Shown: piece after piece, positions 31,374 to 40,291 of the stretch | Position numbering within the stretch: the stretch's first letter is position 1 | Layout of the letters: each line of letters starts with the position of its first letter | DNA from: Pseudomonadota bacterium | GTDB lineage: Bacteria; Pseudomonadota; Gammaproteobacteria; Pseudomonadales; Moraxellaceae | Assembly (NCBI GenBank): GCA_963204705.1 | Contig: CAUJHL010000140.1 | Coordinates: forward strand, 1-51,107 | DNA length: 51,107 bases | Reading direction: 5' to 3' | Notes under the pieces: model-generated | What the model was told of the DNA's origin: nothing | What the model saw: only the letters and a program-made list of their open reading frames with translations | Databases searched by the model: none | Program-made: the position numbers and the translations under genes

Positions 31374-32081
31374 ATGAGTCGTACCCGTACGTTTAACATC
31401 TATCGCTACGATCCAGACAAGGATAAAGCGCCCTACATGCAGTCCTACCAGCTGGAGCTGGATGATGGCGATCGCATGTTGCTGGATGCCCTGATCAAAC
31501 TGAAAAAGCTGGATGAAACCCTGTCATTCCGCCGTAGCTGCCGTGAAGGTATTTGCGGTTCGGATGGCATGAACATCAATGGCAAGAACGGTCTGGCCTG
31601 CCTGCAGAACCTGAATGACCTGCCCGCTACCATTGAGCTGCGCCCGCTGCCCGGCCTGCCAGTGATTCGCGATCTGGTAGTGGACATGAACCAGTTTTAT
31701 ACCCAGTATGAAAAGGTTCGCCCGTATCTGATCAACAATCAGCCTGCGCCACCGACCGAGCGCCTGCAATCACCGGAAGACCGTGAAAAGCTGGATGGTT
31801 TGTATGAGTGCATTCTGTGCGCGTGCTGCTCAACGTCCTGCCCATCCTTCTGGTGGAATCCTGACAAGTTCCTTGGCCCATCTGCCTTGCTGCATGCCTA
31901 TCGCTTTATCGCTGATAGTCGTGACCTGGATACCTCGGAGCGGCTGGCGCGTCTGGATGATCCGTTCAGCCTGTTCCGTTGCCGTGGCATCATGAACTGT
32001 GTGTCGGTCTGCCCCAAAGGCCTGAACCCGACCAAGGCGATTGGTCATATCCGTAATCTGATGCTGGATTACGCGGGCTAA
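31374..32081 (+). CDS. sdhB: Succinate dehydrogenase iron-sulfur subunit
   Basis: 235 aa with three cysteine clusters ([21 protein letters not shown]; [12 protein letters not shown]; [17 protein letters not shown]). Confidence 0.97.
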   Translation: MSRTRTFNIYRYDPDKDKAPYMQSYQLELDDGDRMLLDALIKLKKLDETLSFRRSCREGICGSDGMNINGKNGLACLQNLNDLPATIELRPLPGLPVIRDLVVDMNQFYTQYEKVRPYLINNQPAPPTERLQSPEDREKLDGLYECILCACCSTSCPSFWWNPDKFLGPSALLHAYRFIADSRDLDTSERLARLDDPFSLFRCRGIMNCVSVCPKGLNPTKAIGHIRNLMLDYAG

Positions 32082-32131
32082 AAAGTGGTATTTGAATCTA
32101 AGTAACTTCTATTGAGTTACTGCTCAATAAC

Positions 32132-32159
32132 AAAACGCCCCTTTGTTGGGGCGTTTTTT
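32132..32159 (+). terminator. Rho-independent terminator after sdhB
   Basis: aacgcccc-tttgtt-ggggcgtt followed by a T-run. It is preceded by a separate 7-bp hairpin, agtaact..agttact, at 32101-32121. Confidence 0.88.
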
Positions 32160-32249
32160 ATGTCTATGACCTGATAATTTCAACATACCCGCTTGATTAT
32201 TAAGAGCTTTTAAACAAAAAACATTATGCCACAAAATAACTTAACATGT

Positions 32250-32294
32250 AATTTTTGAAAAATTCAGTACTGAATGATAGGAAAATGATAGGAA
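32250..32294. promoter_or_regulatory. Cluster of operator-like symmetric/repeated elements upstream of the islet genes
   Basis: 7-1-7 inverted repeat AATTTTTgAAAAATT (32250-32264). Perfect 14-bp palindrome ATTCAGTACTGAAT (32262-32275). Perfect 11-bp tandem AATGATAGGAA x2 (32273-32294). All were read directly. Function is inferred. Confidence 0.4.
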
Positions 32295-32623
32295 GCTGTG
32301 TGACGGATCTTCATGTAAATCTTGTGCATAAGTTTTTCATTTTTTTATTTATATGTTTGGTTGATTGATGGTAAGGCCTGGGCTGGAAGCTTCGCTGCCA
32401 AAAGATGTAGCGTGGTTGAGGCATGTTCCAAAAAGCATACAAATCCCCAAAGTGTGGTATTGATCTTAAGAATGGGGATGGGCAGAATCAGGTCATCCAA
32501 AAGCATGCTCCCCGAAAACTTGCACTCATTACGGTTTTGGCGATAAAAGCTGCTCTGGCAACATTGGGTTTTGTGGTTTATCAGGCAAAACTATCTATTT
32601 AATGTGGGTAAAGGAATATTACC

Positions 32624-34333
32624 ATGATATCAAAATCTTTCAAACTAACAACAGTAGCAGCACTTGTAGGTGTTGCCCTGGTTGGCGTTGGTTGTAAAAA
32701 CTCCAAAAACAATGGTAGCAATGGTGTTGTGTATACGCCTACTACCGCTCCAGCTACTAACCTGACTCAAGCTTACAAATACATTATTGTATTTTTGGAT
32801 GCTGCTACTGGCCAGCCTGTGGCGGACGATCTGCAAGTGACATTTGCAGGGCCGGCTACAGTTGTTGATAATAATGGTGTTTCGGTTGCGGGAAAAACCT
32901 TTGATGTTAAGCAGGCTATGGCTGTGGCTAGTGACCTTGCAGGCACAGATGACAACTTTACAGTTATAGCATCTAATAGCACAGCCGGCTGGGTTAAAAC
33001 CGGCGTTAAAGTTAGCAAGGCTACTTCTTCTGAAGGGTCGCAGACTATTGAAGTCAAGTTGGTAAACACTAAAAATGCAGCGGCATTGAATAATAATACT
33101 AATGTGGGTATCGCTATGGCCGTTAGCACTGCCCCAGCAGGTGCTAATAATGCTATTACGGATCAAGCAGCTGGCTTGACAGTAACCACCCCAGCCAAGA
33201 CTGTGACGAATACTTCTGGCGCTCAGGAAGCAATCGGCACGGCAACAATCACTATCCCTTCGGGTACTAAAGCATATGCAACGGAAGCTGATGCTGCGGC
33301 CGGAACCAATCCGATTACTGTTACGGGCAATATCAGCCTTTCGGCGGTCAAATTCGGTACTAATAGTACGTCGTCCTTGTCTGCCTTCCCAGGTGGCTTC
33401 CAGCCAACTATCGCTGGTAATGCGACCGGTAACTTTATTACTGGTGGTTTTGCACAGTTTAATTTGACTGATTCAAATGGCAATGTACTGAAGAATTTTG
33501 ATAAGCCTCTGAATCTGACCATTGACTTGCCGAAAGTTTCGAAAAAGGTAGATGGGACTGCGCTTAATCCAGGCGATACCTATGATGTATGGAGCTATAA
33601 CGAAAGTACTGGCCAATGGGTAAAAGAAACGAGTGGTATCATTCAGCTGAAAGCTTCTGATCCTACCAACGCTGCTTCTGAGCCATATTATGAGGTTAAA
33701 TTTACCTCTAAACACTTGTCTTACTGGAATCTGGATTTCCACATTCCTACAAGCTGTACTGGTCGTATAAACCTGCAACGCCCTGCAGGTGATGCACGCT
33801 ATCTCCAAGTAGAGTTACTGGGCCTGCCCTCAAATATGTTCTATAATCGCTACCAGTTTATGACTACCGACAGTAATTTGACTTTCCGTAATTACCCAGG
33901 TGGCCAAAAAGCAACCGTGATGATTAAAGATTTAAATGGCAGGCTTCTGGGTAGTACTACACCTGTTGACATTTGTGCTACACCGCCAACGATTAATTTG
34001 GTTAATCCACTTCCAACAAATATAAATGTGGATGTAAATGTTACTGAAAGCTGCCCTGATGGCTCTAATAAACGTGCATTGCCGACTAATATTTGGATGA
34101 ATCTGAATTATTATATTTGGCGTTCAGGCTATGCTTATAAGGCTGCAAATTCTAACGTAGCTACAGCAACGTTTAGAACCTTGCCAGTTGGCCAAAGTGC
34201 AAGGCTGTATGTATACGATCGGAATACCCGCTGGTGGGACCAACGTCAAGTTACTATTGGCTCTTCAATAAATGTAAATCTGCCAACCATGACTTGCAAG
34301 GCAGTCCGGCCTACTGGTGCAGTTGGTCGCTAA
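32624..34333 (+). CDS. Large Thr/Asn/Ala-rich lipoprotein, probably outer-membrane/surface associated, family unknown
   Basis: 569 aa. Signal peptide plus lipobox (VALVGVG|CKNSKNNGSNG), with Lys at +2, so no Asp retention signal. The N-terminal two-thirds is low-complexity T/N/A/G-rich. The C-terminal part is beta-rich with 6 Cys. SD-like aaagga lies upstream of the ATG. Confidence 0.75.
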   Translation: MISKSFKLTTVAALVGVALVGVGCKNSKNNGSNGVVYTPTTAPATNLTQAYKYIIVFLDAATGQPVADDLQVTFAGPATVVDNNGVSVAGKTFDVKQAMAVASDLAGTDDNFTVIASNSTAGWVKTGVKVSKATSSEGSQTIEVKLVNTKNAAALNNNTNVGIAMAVSTAPAGANNAITDQAAGLTVTTPAKTVTNTSGAQEAIGTATITIPSGTKAYATEADAAAGTNPITVTGNISLSAVKFGTNSTSSLSAFPGGFQPTIAGNATGNFITGGFAQFNLTDSNGNVLKNFDKPLNLTIDLPKVSKKVDGTALNPGDTYDVWSYNESTGQWVKETSGIIQLKASDPTNAASEPYYEVKFTSKHLSYWNLDFHIPTSCTGRINLQRPAGDARYLQVELLGLPSNMFYNRYQFMTTDSNLTFRNYPGGQKATVMIKDLNGRLLGSTTPVDICATPPTINLVNPLPTNINVDVNVTESCPDGSNKRALPTNIWMNLNYYIWRSGYAYKAANSNVATATFRTLPVGQSARLYVYDRNTRWWDQRQVTIGSSINVNLPTMTCKAVRPTGAVGR

Positions 34334-34423
34334 TACAGACTCTGGCGGTAGTGATAAAAGGCTTTTATGCTGCCTTAGGGTGGCATAAAAGCTTTTTTGT
34401 TTTAAGTATAAGAGAGTGCTTTA

Positions 34424-36502
34424 ATGTCCAAATCCATTAAACTGTTCATTACCTGCATGGTGGCTGGACTGGCTTCTGCACATGGATTCTCTGCACCTGC
34501 CAATAGTTTGACTGGCGGATACACAAGTGCCATTACTACACCGATTACAGCCACCTTGGCTTCGGGAGATATCTCGTTAAGTTATGCCAATAGCCTGAAC
34601 ATTGCAGGAATAGACAATAGAGGAATTGACCTCAGTTTAGGATTGGGATTATTCGACAATTTTGAAGTGTATGGGGTGGTGGCGAGCCACGATCTCAATA
34701 CTAATTGCTTTACGAACAACTGTGGTTTGCGAGATTTATCCGTATCAGCGAAATACCGCTTGCCGGAATTGGCAACACTTATGGCGATTCGAGGGTCGCC
34801 ATGGATCCCGAGCGTTGCACTCGGAGGTACTGACATTGCTGGCGAAACCAAGCAAAACACAGCCTATTATGGAGTGGCACAATGGGATTTGCCACAGTGG
34901 AAAGCGAGTGCGGGGTGGGGAAAAGTTCGGTCAAATAAAATACACTCCATGCTGGACGGACCTTTTGGCAGCCTTAGTTGGACGGTATCAGAGTACGCGC
35001 AGCCCACTCTGGAATATCTGGATGGTAAACCACAAATTGGAAGCCAATTTTTTTACCAGCCCACCGATTGGCAGGCCTCTTTCCATGGTAGCTTTTATGT
35101 TCGACCGCAAGACGATAAAAACAAATGGGGTTTTGGTCTTGGAGTGCAGCGCTCTATGGATTATTCAGCTTTCCGTACCCACACTAAATTCAATCGAACA
35201 AATTCCAATGAAGGCAGGTCGATAGAAGCTGAAACAATCGATTCATCGGTTAATCGTATGGCCCAAGCCAATTCACATTCTTTGCATTCAGGTGTGAGGG
35301 GTGATCTAAACGGTCTGGTGCAGCAACTATCCAGTGAAGGATTTAACGATATTGCCATCAAACAGGGAGCGATTTACACCATCCTGGTAGATGCCCAGTC
35401 GTTTGACTGGAATATAACGGATGCTATGGGTGCTGCTTTAAAACAGGTATACCGCTGGTCTTCACTTCAGTCACAGTCGATTGGAGTTCGATTAGTGCTG
35501 CAAAAGTATGGGATTCCATTGGTAGCTGTCGAAACCGATACGGCATGTTTATCACGCTGGGCAGGGGAGTCTACTTCCTGCCAGTCTCCTGTGATTCGTC
35601 GTATACAAACCGATGGTCTAGCTGAGCTGGTTCAGGGAGTTCAGTGGGATTATCAGTCGACAGGATGGACACAATCCAAAGTCGAGTTCTATCCTAAACT
35701 TGCCTACACTCTTGCTACTGAGTACGGCGTGCTGGATTATTCTCTAGGTCTTGGTACTTCCATTAAGCTGCCACTTGGTTGGAATGGCAGCCTCGCTGAA
35801 ATTGAAACGGTAATACCAGTTCGAAATAGTGAAGATTTTCAAACAGGTAGCATATATCAGTCCAGCGCCCTGCAATCTGGCATTGAGCGTGCTGTCTTGC
35901 ACCAATTCTGGGTGCCTGCGCCACAAATAATGGCGCACGTGATGGGCGGTCAGCTAGGGCGTGATGAAACTGGGGTGCTTGCCGAGAGCCAATGGCAAAA
36001 CCATACGGGTGGGCAGCAATTTCGATTATCCGCAGGAGCCTATACCCTCTCTGGTAAGTCGGGGAGTCAGGTGCCGGTTTGGGCGGGGTACCGGTACCAG
36101 TGGAAGAATATGCAGGTGGGTGTGGATGCAGGACGGTTTTACGGTGGAGATTCGGGGCTGAGATTGAGTAGTCAGTGGTGGTATGGTGACACAGCCGTTC
36201 AGCTACAGTTTGCCAAGACCAAAGACCCTGAGGTCGCTTCTTTAATCGGCCTACAAATAAGCTTCCCTCTGACTACCCGTAAAAATCTTTATTACTCAAA
36301 CCTGCATTTAGGGGGTGACCCGGATTACAGCAAAGAAATTCGAACCCGTGTTCACAGTCCGCAAAACACCTTGGTCGGTAGCAGGGCTCGCGATTTTTCG
36401 GATAATTATACGATTGACACACTGCGAAATCGTGATCGCTTGTCTGAAAAATATGTGTTGGGTCAACAGTCGCGCATTAAGGCTGCATTTCTCGCCTATT
36501 GA
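34424..36502 (+). CDS. YjbH/GfcD-family outer-membrane protein (stand-alone)
   Basis: 692 aa (E. coli YjbH is about 698 aa). Signal peptide (MVAGLASAHG|F). The N-terminal pattern GGYTSAITTPITATLASGDISLSY, then SVSAKYRL...WIPSVALGGTDIAGET...YYGVAQW...SAGWGK, and the C-terminal GRFYGGDSGLRLSSQWWYGDTAV...GLQISFPL all parallel remembered YjbH segments (GGVGLLQTPTARMAREGELSLNY; DLKLRLWEE..WLPQVAVGARDIGGTG; GQYLAGDKGGTLE...GVYVSVPL). The terminal residue is aromatic (..FLAY). Confidence 0.72.
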   Translation: MSKSIKLFITCMVAGLASAHGFSAPANSLTGGYTSAITTPITATLASGDISLSYANSLNIAGIDNRGIDLSLGLGLFDNFEVYGVVASHDLNTNCFTNNCGLRDLSVSAKYRLPELATLMAIRGSPWIPSVALGGTDIAGETKQNTAYYGVAQWDLPQWKASAGWGKVRSNKIHSMLDGPFGSLSWTVSEYAQPTLEYLDGKPQIGSQFFYQPTDWQASFHGSFYVRPQDDKNKWGFGLGVQRSMDYSAFRTHTKFNRTNSNEGRSIEAETIDSSVNRMAQANSHSLHSGVRGDLNGLVQQLSSEGFNDIAIKQGAIYTILVDAQSFDWNITDAMGAALKQVYRWSSLQSQSIGVRLVLQKYGIPLVAVETDTACLSRWAGESTSCQSPVIRRIQTDGLAELVQGVQWDYQSTGWTQSKVEFYPKLAYTLATEYGVLDYSLGLGTSIKLPLGWNGSLAEIETVIPVRNSEDFQTGSIYQSSALQSGIERAVLHQFWVPAPQIMAHVMGGQLGRDETGVLAESQWQNHTGGQQFRLSAGAYTLSGKSGSQVPVWAGYRYQWKNMQVGVDAGRFYGGDSGLRLSSQWWYGDTAVQLQFAKTKDPEVASLIGLQISFPLTTRKNLYYSNLHLGGDPDYSKEIRTRVHSPQNTLVGSRARDFSDNYTIDTLRNRDRLSEKYVLGQQSRIKAAFLAY

Positions 36503-36591
36503 GGCAGCCATCGTTGTCAGATGGTTACACCTGACAACTGGGCTAAAGACTAAGGGCGAATCTGTTACTACCCATGTCATTTGCATTAAAA

Positions 36592-36622
36592 GCCCATTCA
36601 CTTGAATGGGTTTGCTTCGTTT
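36592..36622 (+). terminator. Rho-independent terminator after the YjbH-like gene
   Basis: gcccattca-ctt-gaatgggt followed by a T-rich stretch (ttgcttcgttt). An additional hairpin, gttgtcag..ctgacaac, lies at about 36513-36540. Confidence 0.7.
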
Positions 36623-37429
36623 ATAGTCTTGGTTTTATCAGGCCGCACACACAGTGCGTTACGCAAAACAACAATACTCCCGCTTCCGACGGTTGATGGA
36701 CTACTATGGGTAGACTATTTTTAACGGGAATGATTGCTATTGGTGAAAAAAATTATTGTTGGTGTTCTAAGGTGGTAGTCTTTCGACCAGCGCATGCTAA
36801 GGCAGGAATTTTAAAGTGGTTTATTATTTGTTCAGCTCGGACTTAGGGGCGGGCAACGGCTACTAAACTCATCACATCCGCTACTGCCTCTGTGATACGA
36901 AGGTGTGATAGCTGTTTTATTGAATCGGGTGTTGCCAGATTTTAAAGGGACTTCATAGAAAATCGGGACGGATTTTAGGCAATTAGGAAAGAATCGATCG
37001 TCTGCGCACTCGATTTTCGGTCATTGATTTTGATAGCGAGTTTTGATGGCATGTTAAATGCTGTAATGATCGGAGGCAGTCCTTTTGGCCAAAGTACGCA
37101 TAGCACGCTACTTTCGCCAAAACGATTTGCAAAAATGCCGTTCTGAGCTGCCAAAACCTTCATTGTAAGGTGGAAACAGCCGGAGTGCGGTAGCGTTACC
37201 ACGATGATGCCGTCAGTGACTCTAGTTCTTGGTGAGTTACTGGAGTTGTGCTTGTTTATTCAGGATGACGGTGTGATTGTGGGTGGGCGGTATCTGGTGG
37301 CGGGAGGCTCCCTGCGCTAGAGCTGTCGGCTCGGATTGAGCCAATTCTGTCTGGGAAACCGACAGAAATTCAACGTGGGTATGTCCAGCGGGCAGCTTGC
37401 ATTTTTGCGATCCAGAAAAGAGCACACTC

Positions 37430-40291
37430 ATGCAACAGCGTGACCCAAATTTTTCCCTTCCTCCAGACACCCAACTGTCTGCAGAAAATGCCGCCTATCT
37501 CGAAGAGCTCTATGAGCATTATTTGACCTCGCCTCAAGAGGTTGATCCTGAGTGGGCGCAGTATTTTGATCAGTATCCCAAAGGGGATCAGCCACATTCC
37601 AATGTACGCGAGCAATTTTTGCTACTGGCGCGCAACAGTACTCGTGTCCAGCCGATGCTGCAAAGTTCGGTCAGTACGGAGCATGAACGCCGCCAGGTTG
37701 GTGTCTTGCAGCTGATTGCGGCCTATCGAAACCGTGGCCATCAAAAAGCAAAGCTTGATCCGCTGGGTTTGGCCAAGCGTGAAACGGTTCCCGATCTGGA
37801 GCTGGCTGCGCATGGGCTGTCGCGTTCAGATCTGGACACCGTGTTTCAAACCGGCAATCTGGCGATTGGCAAGGGTGAAGCGACACTGGGTGAGATGGTT
37901 CAGGCAATGGAAGCCATCTACTGCGCGTCGATCGGCGCCGAGTACATGCACATTGTGGACACCAAGGAAAAGCGCTGGATTCAGCAGCGTCTGGAGGGGG
38001 CGCGTGGAATTCCACAATCTACTCCAGAGGTGCGCAAACATTTACTGGAGCGCCTGACGGCGGCGGAAGGCCTCGAAAAATACCTGGGCAGTAAATACGT
38101 CGGTGCCAAGCGCTTTGGTCTTGAAGGCGGCGAAAGCTTTATCCCGATGGTCAATGAAATGATTCAGCGGGCGGGTACTCAGGGTACGCTGGAAGTCGTG
38201 ATCGGCATGGCTCACCGTGGCCGGCTGAATTTGCTGGTAAATATTCTGGGTAAAAACCCCGGCGATCTCTTTGATGAATTTGAAGGCAAGAGTCTGGCTA
38301 AAAAAGGCTCGGGGGATGTCAAATACCATCAGGGCTTTTCGTCGAATGTCATGACGCCGGGCGGTGAAATTCATCTGGCACTGGCGTTTAACCCGTCCCA
38401 TCTGGAAATTGTCAGCCCCGTTGTTGAAGGCTCTGTGCGTGCACGTCAGGTTCGGCGGGGGGGTGTGGGCGGTGATAGCGTATTGCCCATTATCGTGCAT
38501 GGCGATGCTGCCTTTGCGGGGCAGGGCGTCGTCATGGAAACCTTCCAGATGTCCCAGACACGTGGCTACAAGGTCGGCGGTACGCTGCACATCGTGATCA
38601 ATAATCAGGTGGGCTTTACCACTAGCCGGCAGGCCGATGCACGTTCTACCGAATACTGTACCGACATTGCCAAAATGGTTCAGGCGCCGATTTTCCATGT
38701 GAATGGCGACGACCCTGAGGCGGTGCTGTTTATCACCCAGGTAGCGCTGGACTACCGGATGCAATTTAAGAAAGACGTAGTAATCGATCTGTTCTGCTAT
38801 CGCCGCCGGGGCCATAACGAAGCAGATGAGCCCAATGCTACCCAGCCGCTGATGTATCAGGTGATCAGCAAGTTACCTACTACCCGTACCCTGTATGCTG
38901 ACACGCTGGTGAGCCAGCAGGTCCTGACACGCTCCGAAGCAGATGCCATGGTTGAGGACTATCGTTCTGCACTGGAAAACGGTGAGCATGTCGCCTATTC
39001 ACTGGTACAGGAACCGAATACCAGCCTGCATGTCGATTGGTCGCCTTTTTTGGGTCATGAGCTGGTCGATGAATGGGAAACGGGTGTCAGTCAGGAAAAA
39101 CTGGTGGGTTATGCACAGCGCATGGCGACGTTGCCTGAAGGTTTTGTCCTGCAAAAACAGGTGCAAAAAGTCATTGATGACCGGTTTAAAATGCAGTCGG
39201 GCGAGATGCCTCTGAACTGGGGTGCCGCCGAAACCCTCGCTTATGCCTCACTGCTGGATGAAGATTTTCTGGTGCGCATTACCGGACAGGATGTAGGTCG
39301 TGGGACTTTCTCTCATCGTCATGCGGAACTGTTCAATCAGGTGGATGGCAAGCTGTACGTGCCCCTGCGTCATCTGAAGGAAAACCAGCCACGCTTTGCT
39401 ATCTACGACTCGCTGTTGTCCGAAGAGGCGGTATTGGCGTTTGAGTATGGCTATGCCACGACCATTCCAAAATCATTGATCATCTGGGAAGCCCAGTTTG
39501 GCGATTTTGTGAATGGTGCCCAGGTTGTCATCGATCAGTTTATCTGTTCGGGAGAAACCAAATGGGAGCGGGTGTGCGGTCTGACCCTGTTGCTGCCTCA
39601 TGGCTTTGAAGGGCAGGGGCCGGAGCATTCTTCTGCGCGTCTGGAGCGTTTCCTGCAATTGTGTGCAGAAGACAATATGCAGGTCTGTACCCCAACCACG
39701 CCCGCGCAAATTTTCCACGTCCTGCGCCGTCAGGCAGTTCGTCCGCTGCGCAAGCCATTGATCATCATGTCACCCAAGAGCTTGCTTCGCCACAAATTGG
39801 CAATTTCAGATCTGAGTGAACTCACTTCTGGTGGTTTCCAGACAGTGATGGATGAAGTGGATGCGCTGCAAAAGCCCGACGTTAAGCGCATCGTGCTGTG
39901 TGGTGGCAAGGTCTATTACGATTTGCTGGAAAAGCGCCGCGAAAAACAGCTGGCGGATGTTGCACTGGTGCGTATTGAACAGCTGTATCCATTTCCCGCC
40001 AAGAGCCTGCAGGCACTGATCGCTTCCTACCCTTCGGTGGAGCAGGTCGTCTGGTGTCAGGAAGAGCCACAAAATCAGGGTGCCTGGAGCTTTGTGGCGC
40101 CACTTTTGTATCAGGTCGCCTTGCAGGTACGTCCTGAAAAAATGCTGCCCGTCAGTTTTGCTGGCCGTCCACCCTCCGCAGCTCCGGCGTGCGGCTCCCC
40201 GTATTTACATGCCCATCAACAAGCAGAGCTGGTTGCCCAAGCCTTAGGCATTCCTCTGGAACAACAAGGAGATTCCAACAATGGCCACTGA
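37430..40291 (+). CDS. sucA: 2-oxoglutarate dehydrogenase E1 component
   Basis: Internal ATG at 37430 ([10 protein letters not shown]...[26 protein letters not shown]) aligns with the E. coli SucA N-terminus pattern (...SWIEQLYEDFLTDPDSVD..W). 953 aa with a ThDP-binding body. Confidence 0.96.
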   Translation: MQQRDPNFSLPPDTQLSAENAAYLEELYEHYLTSPQEVDPEWAQYFDQYPKGDQPHSNVREQFLLLARNSTRVQPMLQSSVSTEHERRQVGVLQLIAAYRNRGHQKAKLDPLGLAKRETVPDLELAAHGLSRSDLDTVFQTGNLAIGKGEATLGEMVQAMEAIYCASIGAEYMHIVDTKEKRWIQQRLEGARGIPQSTPEVRKHLLERLTAAEGLEKYLGSKYVGAKRFGLEGGESFIPMVNEMIQRAGTQGTLEVVIGMAHRGRLNLLVNILGKNPGDLFDEFEGKSLAKKGSGDVKYHQGFSSNVMTPGGEIHLALAFNPSHLEIVSPVVEGSVRARQVRRGGVGGDSVLPIIVHGDAAFAGQGVVMETFQMSQTRGYKVGGTLHIVINNQVGFTTSRQADARSTEYCTDIAKMVQAPIFHVNGDDPEAVLFITQVALDYRMQFKKDVVIDLFCYRRRGHNEADEPNATQPLMYQVISKLPTTRTLYADTLVSQQVLTRSEADAMVEDYRSALENGEHVAYSLVQEPNTSLHVDWSPFLGHELVDEWETGVSQEKLVGYAQRMATLPEGFVLQKQVQKVIDDRFKMQSGEMPLNWGAAETLAYASLLDEDFLVRITGQDVGRGTFSHRHAELFNQVDGKLYVPLRHLKENQPRFAIYDSLLSEEAVLAFEYGYATTIPKSLIIWEAQFGDFVNGAQVVIDQFICSGETKWERVCGLTLLLPHGFEGQGPEHSSARLERFLQLCAEDNMQVCTPTTPAQIFHVLRRQAVRPLRKPLIIMSPKSLLRHKLAISDLSELTSGGFQTVMDEVDALQKPDVKRIVLCGGKVYYDLLEKRREKQLADVALVRIEQLYPFPAKSLQALIASYPSVEQVVWCQEEPQNQGAWSFVAPLLYQVALQVRPEKMLPVSFAGRPPSAAPACGSPYLHAHQQAELVAQALGIPLEQQGDSNNGH

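Larger units (their letters stand above)
32123..37242. other. Lower-GC inserted segment (islet) between sdhB and sucA carrying two + strand genes
   Basis: Hand counts of 60-nt lines: 40% (33961), 45% (32641) and 50% (34981) inside, versus 48% (31381, in sdhB) and 60% (38401, in sucA) in the flanking genes, so inside and flank values are adjacent. A/T-ending codons are preferred inside. The segment interrupts the usually contiguous sdhCDAB-sucAB arrangement. Related hairpins containing the identical 10-mer TGAGTTACTG lie at 32113-32122 and 37233-37242. Boundaries are approximate. Confidence 0.5.

Noticed and set aside
32322-32546. 74-aa ORF (TTG start) in the AT-rich region upstream of the islet lipoprotein, considered as a possible YjbE/GfcA-like small partner
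   Set aside because: It has no signal peptide, an odd composition (Cys/Trp/Arg/Phe), a non-ATG start without an SD sequence, and no Thr/Ser/Gly-rich character. It is most likely non-coding leader or promoter DNA.
36975-37470. Two minus-strand ORFs (36975..37202, 75 aa; 37237..37470, 77 aa) in the islet-sucA spacer
   Set aside because: I could see no SD sequence, and the compositions are not protein-like. The second overlaps the sucA start and leader. I treat both as chance ORFs, though the region itself is flagged as a finding.
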